Positions 43,701 through 55,700 of a stretch of 64,000 nt of DNA are shown here, in pieces. The stretch comes from Botryllus schlosseri (Eukaryota). Position 1 is the first letter of the stretch, and every line of letters begins with the position of its first letter. A program made the translations under genes and the position numbers. The stretch lies in contig CM119372.1 in assembly GCA_051294905.1 (NCBI GenBank), positions 21,950,001 to 22,014,000 of the forward strand. Reading direction: 5' to 3'. The notes under the pieces were generated by a model. The model was not told where the DNA came from and searched no databases. It saw nothing but the letters and a program-made list of their open reading frames with translations.

Positions 43701-46700
43701 AAACGGGCATAAGCGTCATTAATACAGCCCTTTTTGAGTAACATTTTTATTAAATTTTTACGAAAAATTGTGATGTGATGAGGGAATTCTGATGGCCAAT
43801 TCGGAATCAGCACCGTCAAATTAGGTAAACTCAATTATTCGTTCTAAAAAAAGAAAAAGTTAAAAAATGTCGACTAGTGTAACAGGTAATGGCTAGATTG
43901 CGAAACGGTAGTTTCAAACGTTATGGTTGGGCATATTTACTGTGATGAAATATTTGATATGGGCGACAATACGGTGTGAGCGGAACCAAGCAATCCGGTA
44001 CCTAACTTATATTCACTGATACTTTTGTGAAAACATCTTTGTCACTCCATAACTAATGTGCGCGAAGCGCAACAAAATTTCTGGGCCTCACTTGAATTTT
44101 ATGAATATGAAATGTTGGTACTCTGTGAAAACAGCCCCGAAATTCTTCAGGCTATCTTTTGTTTTGGGGTATTAAACTACTTCTACTTGACAAACTGAAA
44201 ATAGCAAAAAGTAAGTGAGTAGATCACAAAATATTACAAAGTAAGTAGAAGTAGAGAAAATCAGATCTACTTGAGTGCTTCTAAAAAGTAGAAGTACTTC
44301 GTTACTGACCACCTCTGCTTCCTAGCAAGAAATTAAAACACTTGGCTTACTTTGCCGCTTTTAATACGTCTCATCAAAAGATCTCTGCTGAATTCCTTGA
44401 CCTCAAAGTCTTCATCCGGCCAGAATTCCCTTCTGTTCGTATCCTGCCAGTCCATGTCAACCACAGCAACCGAGTTTCCTGAATATTTACTGTACGTCAA
44501 ATGGAACACAATAAAGATCGCCCACACCTACCATCGAGAACGAAAGACTCGTTAAACTTTTTCATCCGCAAGTTTTTCAAATCAAGACCATTGTGTCCGT
44601 TTTTTCCAGGGCCCACTAAAATCCATGACAAGCAGTTACAAGAGATTGATTGATTTTTCCTACACACTAAAAGAACTATCACGAAATTAAGTGACTGGAT
44701 CATTCAACGATTTGTATTACAAATGCAGATCCTAACAGCAAATAGCAATAACTGTGTGCTGTTATCATGACGGTTGTTGAACAATAACCAAAACTCATCA
44801 AGGCGCAACAAAGAGTAAATCCTGTTTACGTATGGTGGAGATTGTTGTGTTTTCGTTATTATACGTGACAGGTCCGTTTCCCATTACGTTGGCTTGGACA
44901 AAGTTGCCTCCAGAGATGACCACATGTTTTCCATCAGTATATGGAGTTTTCCCGACGTTGGTCTGAACCACATCTGAAAAAAGAAAACAGTATAGTAACA
45001 TCACCCCTTCTGTTTGAGATTCTTGCCAATCAAGGAATAGTTGACACACAAATCCTTAGTCCATTATCTCGTTACTCAAATCCCTTTAGGGGATCTGTTT
45101 ACTACAACTCAAAATCCTGACCAACTTTATGGACTCAAAAAATATACTATCTTTTGAGCATCGATGAAATGTCAAGTCTATACTATGTCACTGACGTAAA
45201 GTTTATGTTGCATACACTTATATCGAAATATTTCGAAAGGGCAATTTTTAACAGGCACATAACCAGTTGGAGGCGAAGGTAATGCACAACTTTCAAAGGA
45301 AGCTAATGGAACGCACTTCATTTAACATTCAGAATCATGTTTGGATCTATGGTTTGGTTGAAACATCATGAGCCAGCTTCAATGCCGTCCATTGGAAATG
45401 CATCCGAGGTCACCATATTACATAGTAAATCATTGCCAATAACCGACAATTTTTCATAAGACAAAGTCGAGTAATACAGCTCCGATAAAGTGAGGAGATA
45501 GAGGAATTTCAATTAAGTCATATGTAGTGGTCCAGAGGTAATTTTCCCAGACTTTCCCTAATTCATAGTATATGCAACAGAGAACTGCCAAACGTCAAGT
45601 CACCAAACAGAAAAGAATGACATTTCTTACTGCCTCCACTGGCTCTCACGTTTGCCCCACTATTCGATATTCTGTAAGGTAAGGCAAAGCAAATTATGAC
45701 CTTGTTATAATGCAAACCACAATGTCAGCGACTTACGTAGTTGAGTCGCATTGCTCAGGAGTCCAGCTGTAAAATGATCGATGTGAAAGGACTACAGTAG
45801 TAAATTAATGAATAATATCATAAACCGTATGCCAATTGGAATCTGATTAGCAAAATAATGAAGAACTGCAAATAGTTCAAAATTTTTTGAGTAATCTCAA
45901 CAACTCAGGTAGGGTACTGTAACTTTCATAATTTGGTAACTTGGGAACGATATGATCATTGAATGACATAATTTATGTTTTCAAGTCTCTAGCTAGACCA
46001 GCAATACTCATTACTCAAATTAAACAAGGTTTCAAGACTTTCAACCATATGTCAAGTGGACAGAAGCAGAAGCTTGGTGCCAAAACATCAGCTGTTCCAT
46101 ACTGAGCAACTGCCCTCGACACTCAATTTTGACCTCAGATCAGAATAATTCTAGTCTCTGATACTGAGCTGGATAAAGATATTAACACACTGGCGAACTG
46201 ATATCAAAATTTTCATATATGGACTGTGTGAGCACTTTGACTGCATGCGTCAGTGTAATACAGTAGCAGGGATATGTGAGTAACACCTACTGACTACGCT
46301 GGCTATGCATATTTTATGGTAATTCAAAGCATACCCTTTATTCTATAAATATTCTAATAGGCACAAATAAAGTTGTTGTCACAAATAACAAGTATAATGT
46401 GCATTCCGATACTTGGCACAGTAGATCTGCTAAGAGAATGTGTGACTACGTTAAAAATAAAACAAAAGTTGATTGATCTAATTTGGGAATTGAAAAACGG
46501 GGGAGAATTGACAAATTACCATGTTAACGATTTTATCAATGCAATGAAAATAACTTACTTAGTCGATCCGCGATTTGAACTGGGTCCCTCAGGAACTGCA
46601 CTGCAATACGAACAGGATGAAAGGACACAGACATGACCAGAGAAAATCCTGAGAAGGCGTTTCGAAAATGGAGATGTACAGACAGCAGCATTCAATACCA

Positions 46701-49700
46701 CCGGTCAACACATATTTTTAGGCAGACAAAGTAAGAGTGGTTTTGGGGGCTCCGAAGGGCACTGATTCCGAATATGACCTTAGTTTTTCCAAATTGGCTC
46801 TTATTCTGGAGAAAACCCATGGCGCTATTTTGACCAAAATCTCCTATTTTCGCTGTAATGGCTCTGAGATAGTAAATCGGCTCAGTCGTACTATCAAGTT
46901 TAGAAATTCGATCTACCTGTTATTTTACACACAGAAGACTATTTTGAATCAAATACAGCGAAAGCAGTATATTCAGGGGTATTACATTTATCATATTCAT
47001 AGACTTTCACGGATATTATGTACATAAATAAACTCCAGTCACGTATATAATTATTTACCTAGATACGGTACTCAAATAACGTGGCATTAATTCAAGCAGT
47101 TTTACGTCAACCCCCTATTGTAAATTTGAAATAATCAGTCGGAATATCACATTAATCATTTCTTTTAAAGCACAATTGTTTTTTGTATGATTTTCGCCTG
47201 TAAGCAATTAAGTGCAGTTTCACGTAAGGTTCCAGCAATGGTCTGCCATGATATGTTCATCTCATCTGCCATAATATCTTTTTTGTTGTTGTTTTGATGT
47301 GAACCTTTCCCCTTGCTAATCAACAAGAAGATCATCAGTAAATATATCAAGATGACTGAACAGGAAGTGAACTTTTATGGTCATGTTTGTTCCAAGTTTT
47401 CTATAGGCAGATACGAATTTTCGGACCAACTGTTGGTAGTTGGGTGCTTTGTGATCATCTAAAAAGTTTTATTTACCTACATCTTAGGATAAATTCCATG
47501 AAGTGAGCTCCTTCCTAATATGAAATTGGAATCTTTTATCCGTATCCCAAATTTGAAATCTATCAAAGGTACCAGATTTAAGCTTCTCGTTTGATAGGGA
47601 TACCATAGGTATACGCACTTTGTTGACTCAGCGGAAAATTATCTATTTACAAGTCAAAAGAAATGAGTATTGAGCATATGAGTACTGTAGTTAAGCTTTT
47701 CAAGGACAAATTTTATAGCTTTATACTCCTCTTAAATCTCGGTAGAATTACCAATTGATACACGAGAATATGTCTTTCCATTGTGCAAAAGTACAAATTT
47801 TAGGCTTGACAAACTGCTTTTTCGACAGGTCATGTTAGTATTGATAGAATGACTGATAATGACATGAGGGTTCTTCATAGTCAATTTAGTCAGTTTATTT
47901 ATGCACAGTATACAATTAGAAAAAAAAACACAATTTTAATCCTATTAAGTGAAATATTCAACGGTAGATACAGTAATTTTAGGGGTAGAAATATCTCATG
48001 AACAAGGGTCAATCTGGCAAAACTAATGTGATATTCTTAATCAGCAACCTCAAAAACTCCTGAAACAGCTCTCAGATGTTCTGCCCAAAAAAAATTTTTC
48101 ATTTTGTTGACCAGTGTAATTGTTCGACTTGAATCTGCCCATGCTTTATTATATAATTTTCTAGATCATGATGGCGTTTGATGAGATGAGCAAGTTATAA
48201 TTTTGAAAATGATTATACTTCTGTCATACGGTAATCAAAATTAGATGGTAAGTCCTAGTAATTAGGATGGCTCTCAGATGAAATTGTAACTTTGATTTAT
48301 CCTGAGTAGCATCAGTGTTCTTCTCCTGCATGCTATTGGGAGTGACTGGTGTCGGACTTATTTTAACCTTTGCGTAGTGTTATAAAAAACTTCAAAGAAT
48401 GATAGAATTATAGAGCAAACCCAGTTGTCGGCGGAGCGTGATTTCCAACAAAGCCTCCCGCATCACTGGCAATGCTACCAGTATCCGTTTCCATTTCCTG
48501 CAAAAACATGCAGATAAAGCAGGTTACCAAATTGTATTGAATCTATGGAGTCACATCAGTCAGTCGAACTGTTTTCATAAAAATATATTTTTTAGATGAC
48601 AGAAATATATCCCTGACCAAGATAAAGATAAAGACAAGTATCGTACTATGAAGTACTGCAACGTTATGAAAATAGCAACATTGAATTAGTCATTGTTTTA
48701 GATGACTCAATTACATGCAGTGACGAAGTTTCACAAACACACACAACATTATCACACTTAACAATACAAGGCTTGTGTGAGAAATATGTACTTTGAATAG
48801 AAATAATAAATTGAACAAGCATGAAATCGAGCATCGGTCGTTTGCAGTTGCTATATACTCATCCAAACCAGTGCTTCCTCAATATTTTTGCAGTGCACCC
48901 TGATACACAGTGGCGCAACGGGAAGGCTTTGCAGGTCATAACTAGGGCTGGGCAAAATCGAGTACCTGAGTGATTCGATTCTGAATCACGTAATATGCTT
49001 CGAGTCGAGTCGAGTAATCGAGCATCACTCCTTATGACGTCATAACAGAATGTAATACGTCAAAGATCAAATATGTACCGTTTATGCTACAACAAAGAAT
49101 ATAATACCCGTTATCCATCTCATGAAAAATACTTTGCTGTTTTTTCGACCATATCGATTTCATTCCACTTGGTGGCAATATTGTGGGATAATCATGACTT
49201 CGGAAATGTGCTACGTCCAGGAACCTTCGTAGCTTTGTAATAATGTTTCGTATGCTACGATACCGCCAATCAAGGTTTCAAGGCTTCAACAGTGAAAATT
49301 CGTATCGAAACTATAATTCTCGTTGATAAATTAACTGTCAGTAGCGAACAGCGTATAATTTCAGTACTCGAAAAAATCGTATTTTACTACTCGACTCGAA
49401 TCAATAAATTAATACTCGATTCAGATTCGAGTACTTGAATCATTGTGCCCAGCCCTAGTCATAACCCCTCGCATTCCATGATTAAAACCCCATCCTTTTG
49501 AAATGACTATTTTATCTCACATCTTTCTCAGCTCATTTGCAACTCCTAGCACGCTGTCATGTTTCGACAAAACTACAGTGGCTTTTTTCTCGTGCTTGCT
49601 CTTGTGTTTGCTAAGAGCACCAAAACTGTGTCCTACAATGTTTCTCTGCGATGTGATTGCACTTCAAACCGAACTTATCACGCTTGACATGCAATATGTC

Positions 49701-52700
49701 AATGTGTCGCGATATGTCAGTCTCCTCGCTGCTCCTGAGCCGAGGAACCATTTCTCCTCGAATAAATTATTCTATTATAATGGTGAATCCGTCACATTGC
49801 AAATTCCAAGGTTGATTTTAGGTGGTTCCGAGGGTCATGAGCAGACCAAAATTGATGTTCTTGTAATTAGTAATGCAATGTTCCAAATTGATTCCCAGTT
49901 AATGAAATTTGAGCTCAGACAGCCAGCCAACTAATGCAATGAATCGCATTTATCAGTCAAATGGCGAAAATGTCAATTGCCCTGAGCGCAGCCCGATGTA
50001 TGATTTGCTTGTGTCTACACCTGTGTGGGACACTATGATCTCATCGTTCTTCCGAGAGCACTCAATTAGTCGCACGAAATTTGTATTTTGCTTCTTCTTA
50101 CTTCATACTTGTGACGCGTATCAGTGCAGCCACTTAGTGAGACTCGACATTGCACAGCGACTTCTGATTTTGTTAGATTTCCTAACATAGTATGCAAAAT
50201 GGTAGCTTCCACCGGCTTTACATATCATAAGTTAAAGTTTGACAACACGATGAAGCTGATCTAATCCTTGTAATATCTTGAAAAACTTGCAACCCCCTTT
50301 TTTTCTTTAAAATCCCATACTTTTTCTCGGCTGGGATAACCATGCTATCTCTCTCTACAGATCCTAGTCATCCTTTTCCTCACCCTTACTTGAGACTGTG
50401 AAATACTAGAGGTGGAAGGATAGCAATTTACCGTTTCATTGCAATACGTTTCGTTGCAATACGTTTTCTTTCTGTGCTGTGATGTTCATTTCCAACCTGT
50501 AAGGCTGTTGGAAAAGTATTTCATCCTTTGATATGCTATAATAAACACAGGTGCTATGCTATAATAACTATAGGTGGACATTAGGTAGTCAGCGAATGGT
50601 GCTTTCTCAACCAATCAATGAAATTGATATCATTGACTGATGTAAAAAAATCTAGGAAGCGTACAGGGTCCATCTTGATTTCATATATTTATTGTATCAT
50701 AACTTGATGCTGCTACTGCTGCATAATTGTTAATGGGGTAAAACCCGTTTCACACTCTGCTCAATCAACATAGCAACACTCAGTTACGCCGAATACATTG
50801 TCCGGTCAGGCCTAGACCGTTAAGGCGTAAGTTTATATTCCCTTTCAAGTCCTCGTCAAAATTGTTGGCAAAGCGACGGAAGATATTGATTTTATGGGAT
50901 TATAATATATCATTTCATTCCTCCAGTTGATACATTTGGTGACGCTTAAAAAGTCAGTATGTACTTCAGCATTGCGGCCAGATGTGGCCCGAGTCGTTGC
51001 TAGGTATCGTGTACATTAATATATATCACTTCACTGAAATGTAGGGTTGCATTATGACATCATGTGACATCATGAGGTTCATGTTCGCGTTCACACAGAA
51101 CCTTTTTAAAAAGGTTCGCGTTCACACGAACCCGAACCTTTCAGAGGTTCACACCATCCCTAGAGGACATACACGTTTGTTTAGGTACATGCCTGTCCAT
51201 GGACAACAAGACAAATAGCATTTGCCCATTGAACAAAACCTATTGTGTAGACAATGTACTGGATAGCACCCACTTCCCCGATCGGCCAGTCCATATTTAC
51301 CGCTCTTTCCTGGTAGCTAACACTCCTAGGGTCACCCATTTTGAGAATCTGTGATTCAAACAAAACACTTGGAAATTTTTATGAGGTGTAATGTGATCTA
51401 CCGCAACGTTTGCGGGAACAAACAAATATTAAGATGAAAGCTGCTACCTAGTGCACCATGCACCAAGCACGTTAAATTGCAGTTCTACATGTAGGATCTC
51501 ACCATGTTTCTTTTGATGATGGATACAGCCTTCTCGTAAGGGTCAGATGCCATCGCGATGCTGAAGGCATACTGTAAATGCATCATTATAAAATAAATAG
51601 AAATTTTGTTTTGTCTTTAAATTAGGCCTTTATATGTCAGGCAATAAGACATCTTGTGAACAAGATAATTCCGCATTGCAATCACTCCAACTATCTCAGG
51701 CTAGATTTAGGGTACAAGGTAAGGTAATTAAAAGGTTTGTCCCATGTTAGCAATGCAGTCACCTCCTGCCCGTCTGCAAGATCATAGAAACAAGTACCAG
51801 CAAAACTACGATGGCATCATTGAAATGTGGGACAGAACAGTGCTCATTTCAGTTTGAAAGACAAGAGGTGTTGTCAATATAAATCTGAATGTTGATAAAG
51901 TTTTACTCTATAGTGTATAAAAGGCCTTCAACTGATCAACAATGTACCAATTCAGACTAGATTCAACATCAAGAATGCACCACACATGTGTCTTGAATAC
52001 AATGAATGCAATAGCTTTTTTCTGCAAAAACAGTCATCTTTAGTAAGGTTTATAGCTTCAGCTGCAACACACACAAAATCCTAATCTCACTGTAGACTAG
52101 GGTTACCATATTTCTGCAACCTGAATTCCGGACACTCTTTAGCGCCCACTAGTGAATTTTAAAATGAGTTATGACATCACACTATCCAAGCTTTGCTCAT
52201 AGACCAGAGGTGGCCACGATCCGGTTCAGGAGTATGTGGCCGCGTGTTGTGTAACCGGGACCGAAAGCACATGTTTTCCACCTCTTTCCACGCAAATAAA
52301 CAATGATTTTGAGCCCACACTATAGGGTAATCAATGCAACTTCTGGGCGGGGGGTGCTTGCTATATGAATCTGGTTTCTATATGCATCTGGTCGTTAAAT
52401 TATTTGAATGAAGCCTGTCAATAATGTTGGTTGTTCCATATATTACTTTTTAAATACTACTCTCCGCCCACATGATCAGAGTTATGATGGTGGAGAATGA
52501 TGAGTTCGAAAATACTTGGATCGTAATTGCACATCTTTACGTCCTGTTCATGTCCTACCGATAAGACTGTTTATCAACCTTATGCTGGTGCGCGCCACGG
52601 ATATTTATAAACACCCCACATCCAGTGGTTTCCAACCTTTTATGGTCGCGACTCCATCTCCAATTTGAAAATGTTCCGAGGCCCAGATCAAAATTTGACG

Positions 52701-55700
52701 AGCCGAGCCGATTACTAAAAGAAGTCAGCACCTTTGCCGAAACTTACTCACGGGCTATTTTGGAAGCTGATTACGTTCAACATATTCGCAAACCCCAGAA
52801 TAAAGGTTAACGACCCCTGTTTGGAACCACTATCTTTGAATAAAGCATTTAAACGGCCTTAACGATCTCTAGGAATACACCGTTCTATAATTGCGATTAC
52901 AATTAGGCTTATTCCAGTAAATGAAGGTTGTTTTTATTTATATTTTATTGCAGTTTTTGCGAGGGTGGTGGTCTCCATATTAGAATTAATAAATGTTATA
53001 GCAAATCAAGCGCAGCGCGAAGAAAAATATCATGCATCAGGATAAATATTCCCAAAAAATATTGTTTTTATGGTGATTTACGAAAAAATTATGAGCCTAC
53101 GTCAAGTCTTCAAAATTCCGGACATTTGGCATATTTTAGAAATTCCTCCCGGACGCTTGTTTGAACAGTGAAATTCCGGACATGTCCGGGAAATTCCTGA
53201 CATATGGCAACCCTGCTGTAGACTCAATCTCAAAACTCAAATCAAATTTGATTACTTTTACACCCGAACACTTTAGTATAGCCAAGAGAAAGATGTTACT
53301 GAATCAATCTCTGTACTTCTGAACAACTATCGGTACTCACCTTGTTGAGCAACGGATGAATTTGGTTCAACAAATACGGATTGTTGCAAATTCCACTCAA
53401 AGAAGCCTTATCGGTCGATGCGAGTTCTTGAGGCTTTCGAATATCGGCTGCAATGTAGCAACAGGCTAGCTTATTCTGACAGCCTATGAAATTGATGATC
53501 TATAAATATAAGCCTACATTGGAGGTCAGCAACCTTCAAGTAGGCTTTGCCTCTTCAGACTACTAAGCTGGAACATTTACTTCAGCAGTTTCCGAAGTCA
53601 AACTACTTATGTTGTTACATATTAGATTTTGTCATGTAGGAAGTATTGCTTGTATAATTTTGCTTGACCCTTTTATGAATGAGTTTGTTACCAAACGGGT
53701 ACCAATGAGCTCTGAAATGCGATTGAGTGTCTCCAAAGTGGGTTCATTCAAAGCCGCTTTCATACTGATTTGTAAAATGTAATTATTTTTATAGCGCTGG
53801 AACCACCCAAAAATCTACTACTGTTTCGCGTTGTGGGGCCATAACCGTTTTTGAGTCCCACATTCCCTGCTTATGAGAGGCCTTGATTTCTGACATTGAT
53901 GGTTGAAATGATGCATGTCAACCGAAGACGAGGCGAATAGAAGTGTGCACACTGCACATAAATGAACTATGTTACAATGTATCAACATTATGACAGTATT
54001 TTTTCCTTTACAATTCTAATGTACCGGTATGTCCCATTTTCACTGCATAATAATAAGAGTTAGTTAATGTCTAGTGCCGATTTTAATAAATGCTGAATGC
54101 ACCAATTAGGAATCGGGGTCAATATTCCGAGCCAAGTATTGCCACTAGTCATTCTGCATTAGTGATGAACGTACGCATTTTGAAACGTGCAAATCATCTC
54201 TCACCGACGATTGTCCAGAAAGTTCTTCCATGCAGTGCTCATCCCTATATCTACATGTCTTGAAAATCGCTACATCCAGATTATAATCAAGTGGAAATGT
54301 ACTGCATTAGTTATACTTGTACTGGAGTGTTGCGAATGGCTACTTTGTCCAACTCTGTCAATAAGGTAGTTCGGATCGACTATCACGATCCACAATATAG
54401 GTATATATATTGTGCATATAGTAATGGAGCTTCCATAGCAATGATAGCATCATTATGAAATGCAGGATGCTGATAAAATAGTACTGTATATTTGAAATGC
54501 AGGTCATTCTCAATGAACACATAATAGTCAATAGTCATGAGAGGGAATCGTTAAAGGCTGGCTGAACGAGATAGCCTAACGGTAGATTGTAGTATATTAA
54601 TGGTAACCAGTGAACTCGGCCCATGACGAACTCGGCCTATTGAACTCGGCCCATGACGAACTCGGCCCATGACGAACTCGGCCTATGACCAACTCGACGA
54701 ACTCGGCCTATGACGAACTCGGCCTATGACCAACTCGGCCCATGGTGAATTTGTTAAAAAAAATTATTATAAATGTCGTGAATTGTATTAATTCTGTGGA
54801 GACAATGGTAAATTGGTGGTGATGGACATGTCGTATCAATGTTATTACCACTGGGGGCAGTATCGTTAAGGAATAGGGCCTAGACAGAAAAAAAACTCGC
54901 ACCAACTCAACTATTAATGTGAATTATATTACGATAATTATAATATTATCAAGTGATTAGGAGGTTAGGATTAGGGTTATGATTAGAGTTAGGTTAGGGT
55001 TAGGATTAGGGTTAGCTTAGGGTTAGGATTAGGGTAAGCTTAGGGTTATGATTAGGGTTAGGTTAGGGTTAGGGTTATGATTAGAGTTAGGTTAGGGTTA
55101 GGATTAGGGTTAGGTTAGGGTTAGGATTAGGGTTAGCTTATGGTTAGGATTAGGGTTAGCTTAGGGTTATGATTAGGGTTAGGGTTATGATTAGAGTTAG
55201 GTTAGGGTTAGGATTCGGGTTAGCTTAGGATTAGGTTAGGGTTATGATTAGGGTTAGGTTAGGGTTAGGGTTAGGATTAGAGTTAGGTTAGGGTTAGGAT
55301 TAGGGTTAGGTTAGGGTTATGATTAGGGTTATGATTAGGGTTAGGTTAGGATTAGGGTTAGGATTAGGGTTAGGGTTAGGATTAGGGTTAGGTTAGGGTT
55401 AGGTTAGGATTAGGGTTAGGTTAGGATTAGGGTTAGGTTTAGGTTAGGGTTAGGTTAGGATTAGGGTTAGGTTAGGGTTAGGGACAGACAGACCTGACTT
55501 TAGATTCATACGACTTGCCCACGTGTTATGACGGCGGCAAGTAAAACTTCCAATTCCGAGAACTGCAATACTGCCCTCCCCCCAGCATTCGTACGACATG
55601 TCCATCACTCCCAAATTAACCATTTTCTCCGACAAATAATACAATTTACGACGTTTATAATCATTAATACTAAGAAATTCCCCACGGGCCGAGTTGGTCA

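Larger units (their letters stand above)
40459..44317. mobile_element. 3.9-kb hAT-like element with AAGTAG subterminal repeats and nested cargo
   Basis: TIR CAGAG(A/G)TGGTCA; TSD cttcctag. Contains a MITE at 40791-40982 (TIR CAATGTTCC, TSD gtattgat), an L fragment and a LINE remnant. Confidence 0.85.

Noticed and set aside
49503..50190. 143-aa and 93-aa plus-strand ORFs in a caspase intron
   Set aside because: No recognisable domain or splice structure.
51763..51773. 11-nt candidate micro-exon (cttgcag|ACGGGCAGGAG|gtgact)
   Set aside because: Phase-incompatible with the 0-0 junction between exons 2 and 3.
54205..54269. Exon-like segment (AIFKTCRYRDEHCMEELSGQSS) with donor gtgaga between coding exons 1 and 2
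   Set aside because: Weak acceptor, and its 65 nt would shift exon 2 into a closed frame; exons 1 and 2 join correctly without it. A poison exon cannot be excluded.
54602..54745. Short direct repeats resembling a CRISPR array
   Set aside because: No unique spacers, mirrored at the other end of the element, and in a eukaryotic context; these are subterminal transposon repeats.
54955..55483. True telomere or chromosome-fusion scar
   Set aside because: Unidirectional, degenerate and enclosed by TIRs with a TSD.
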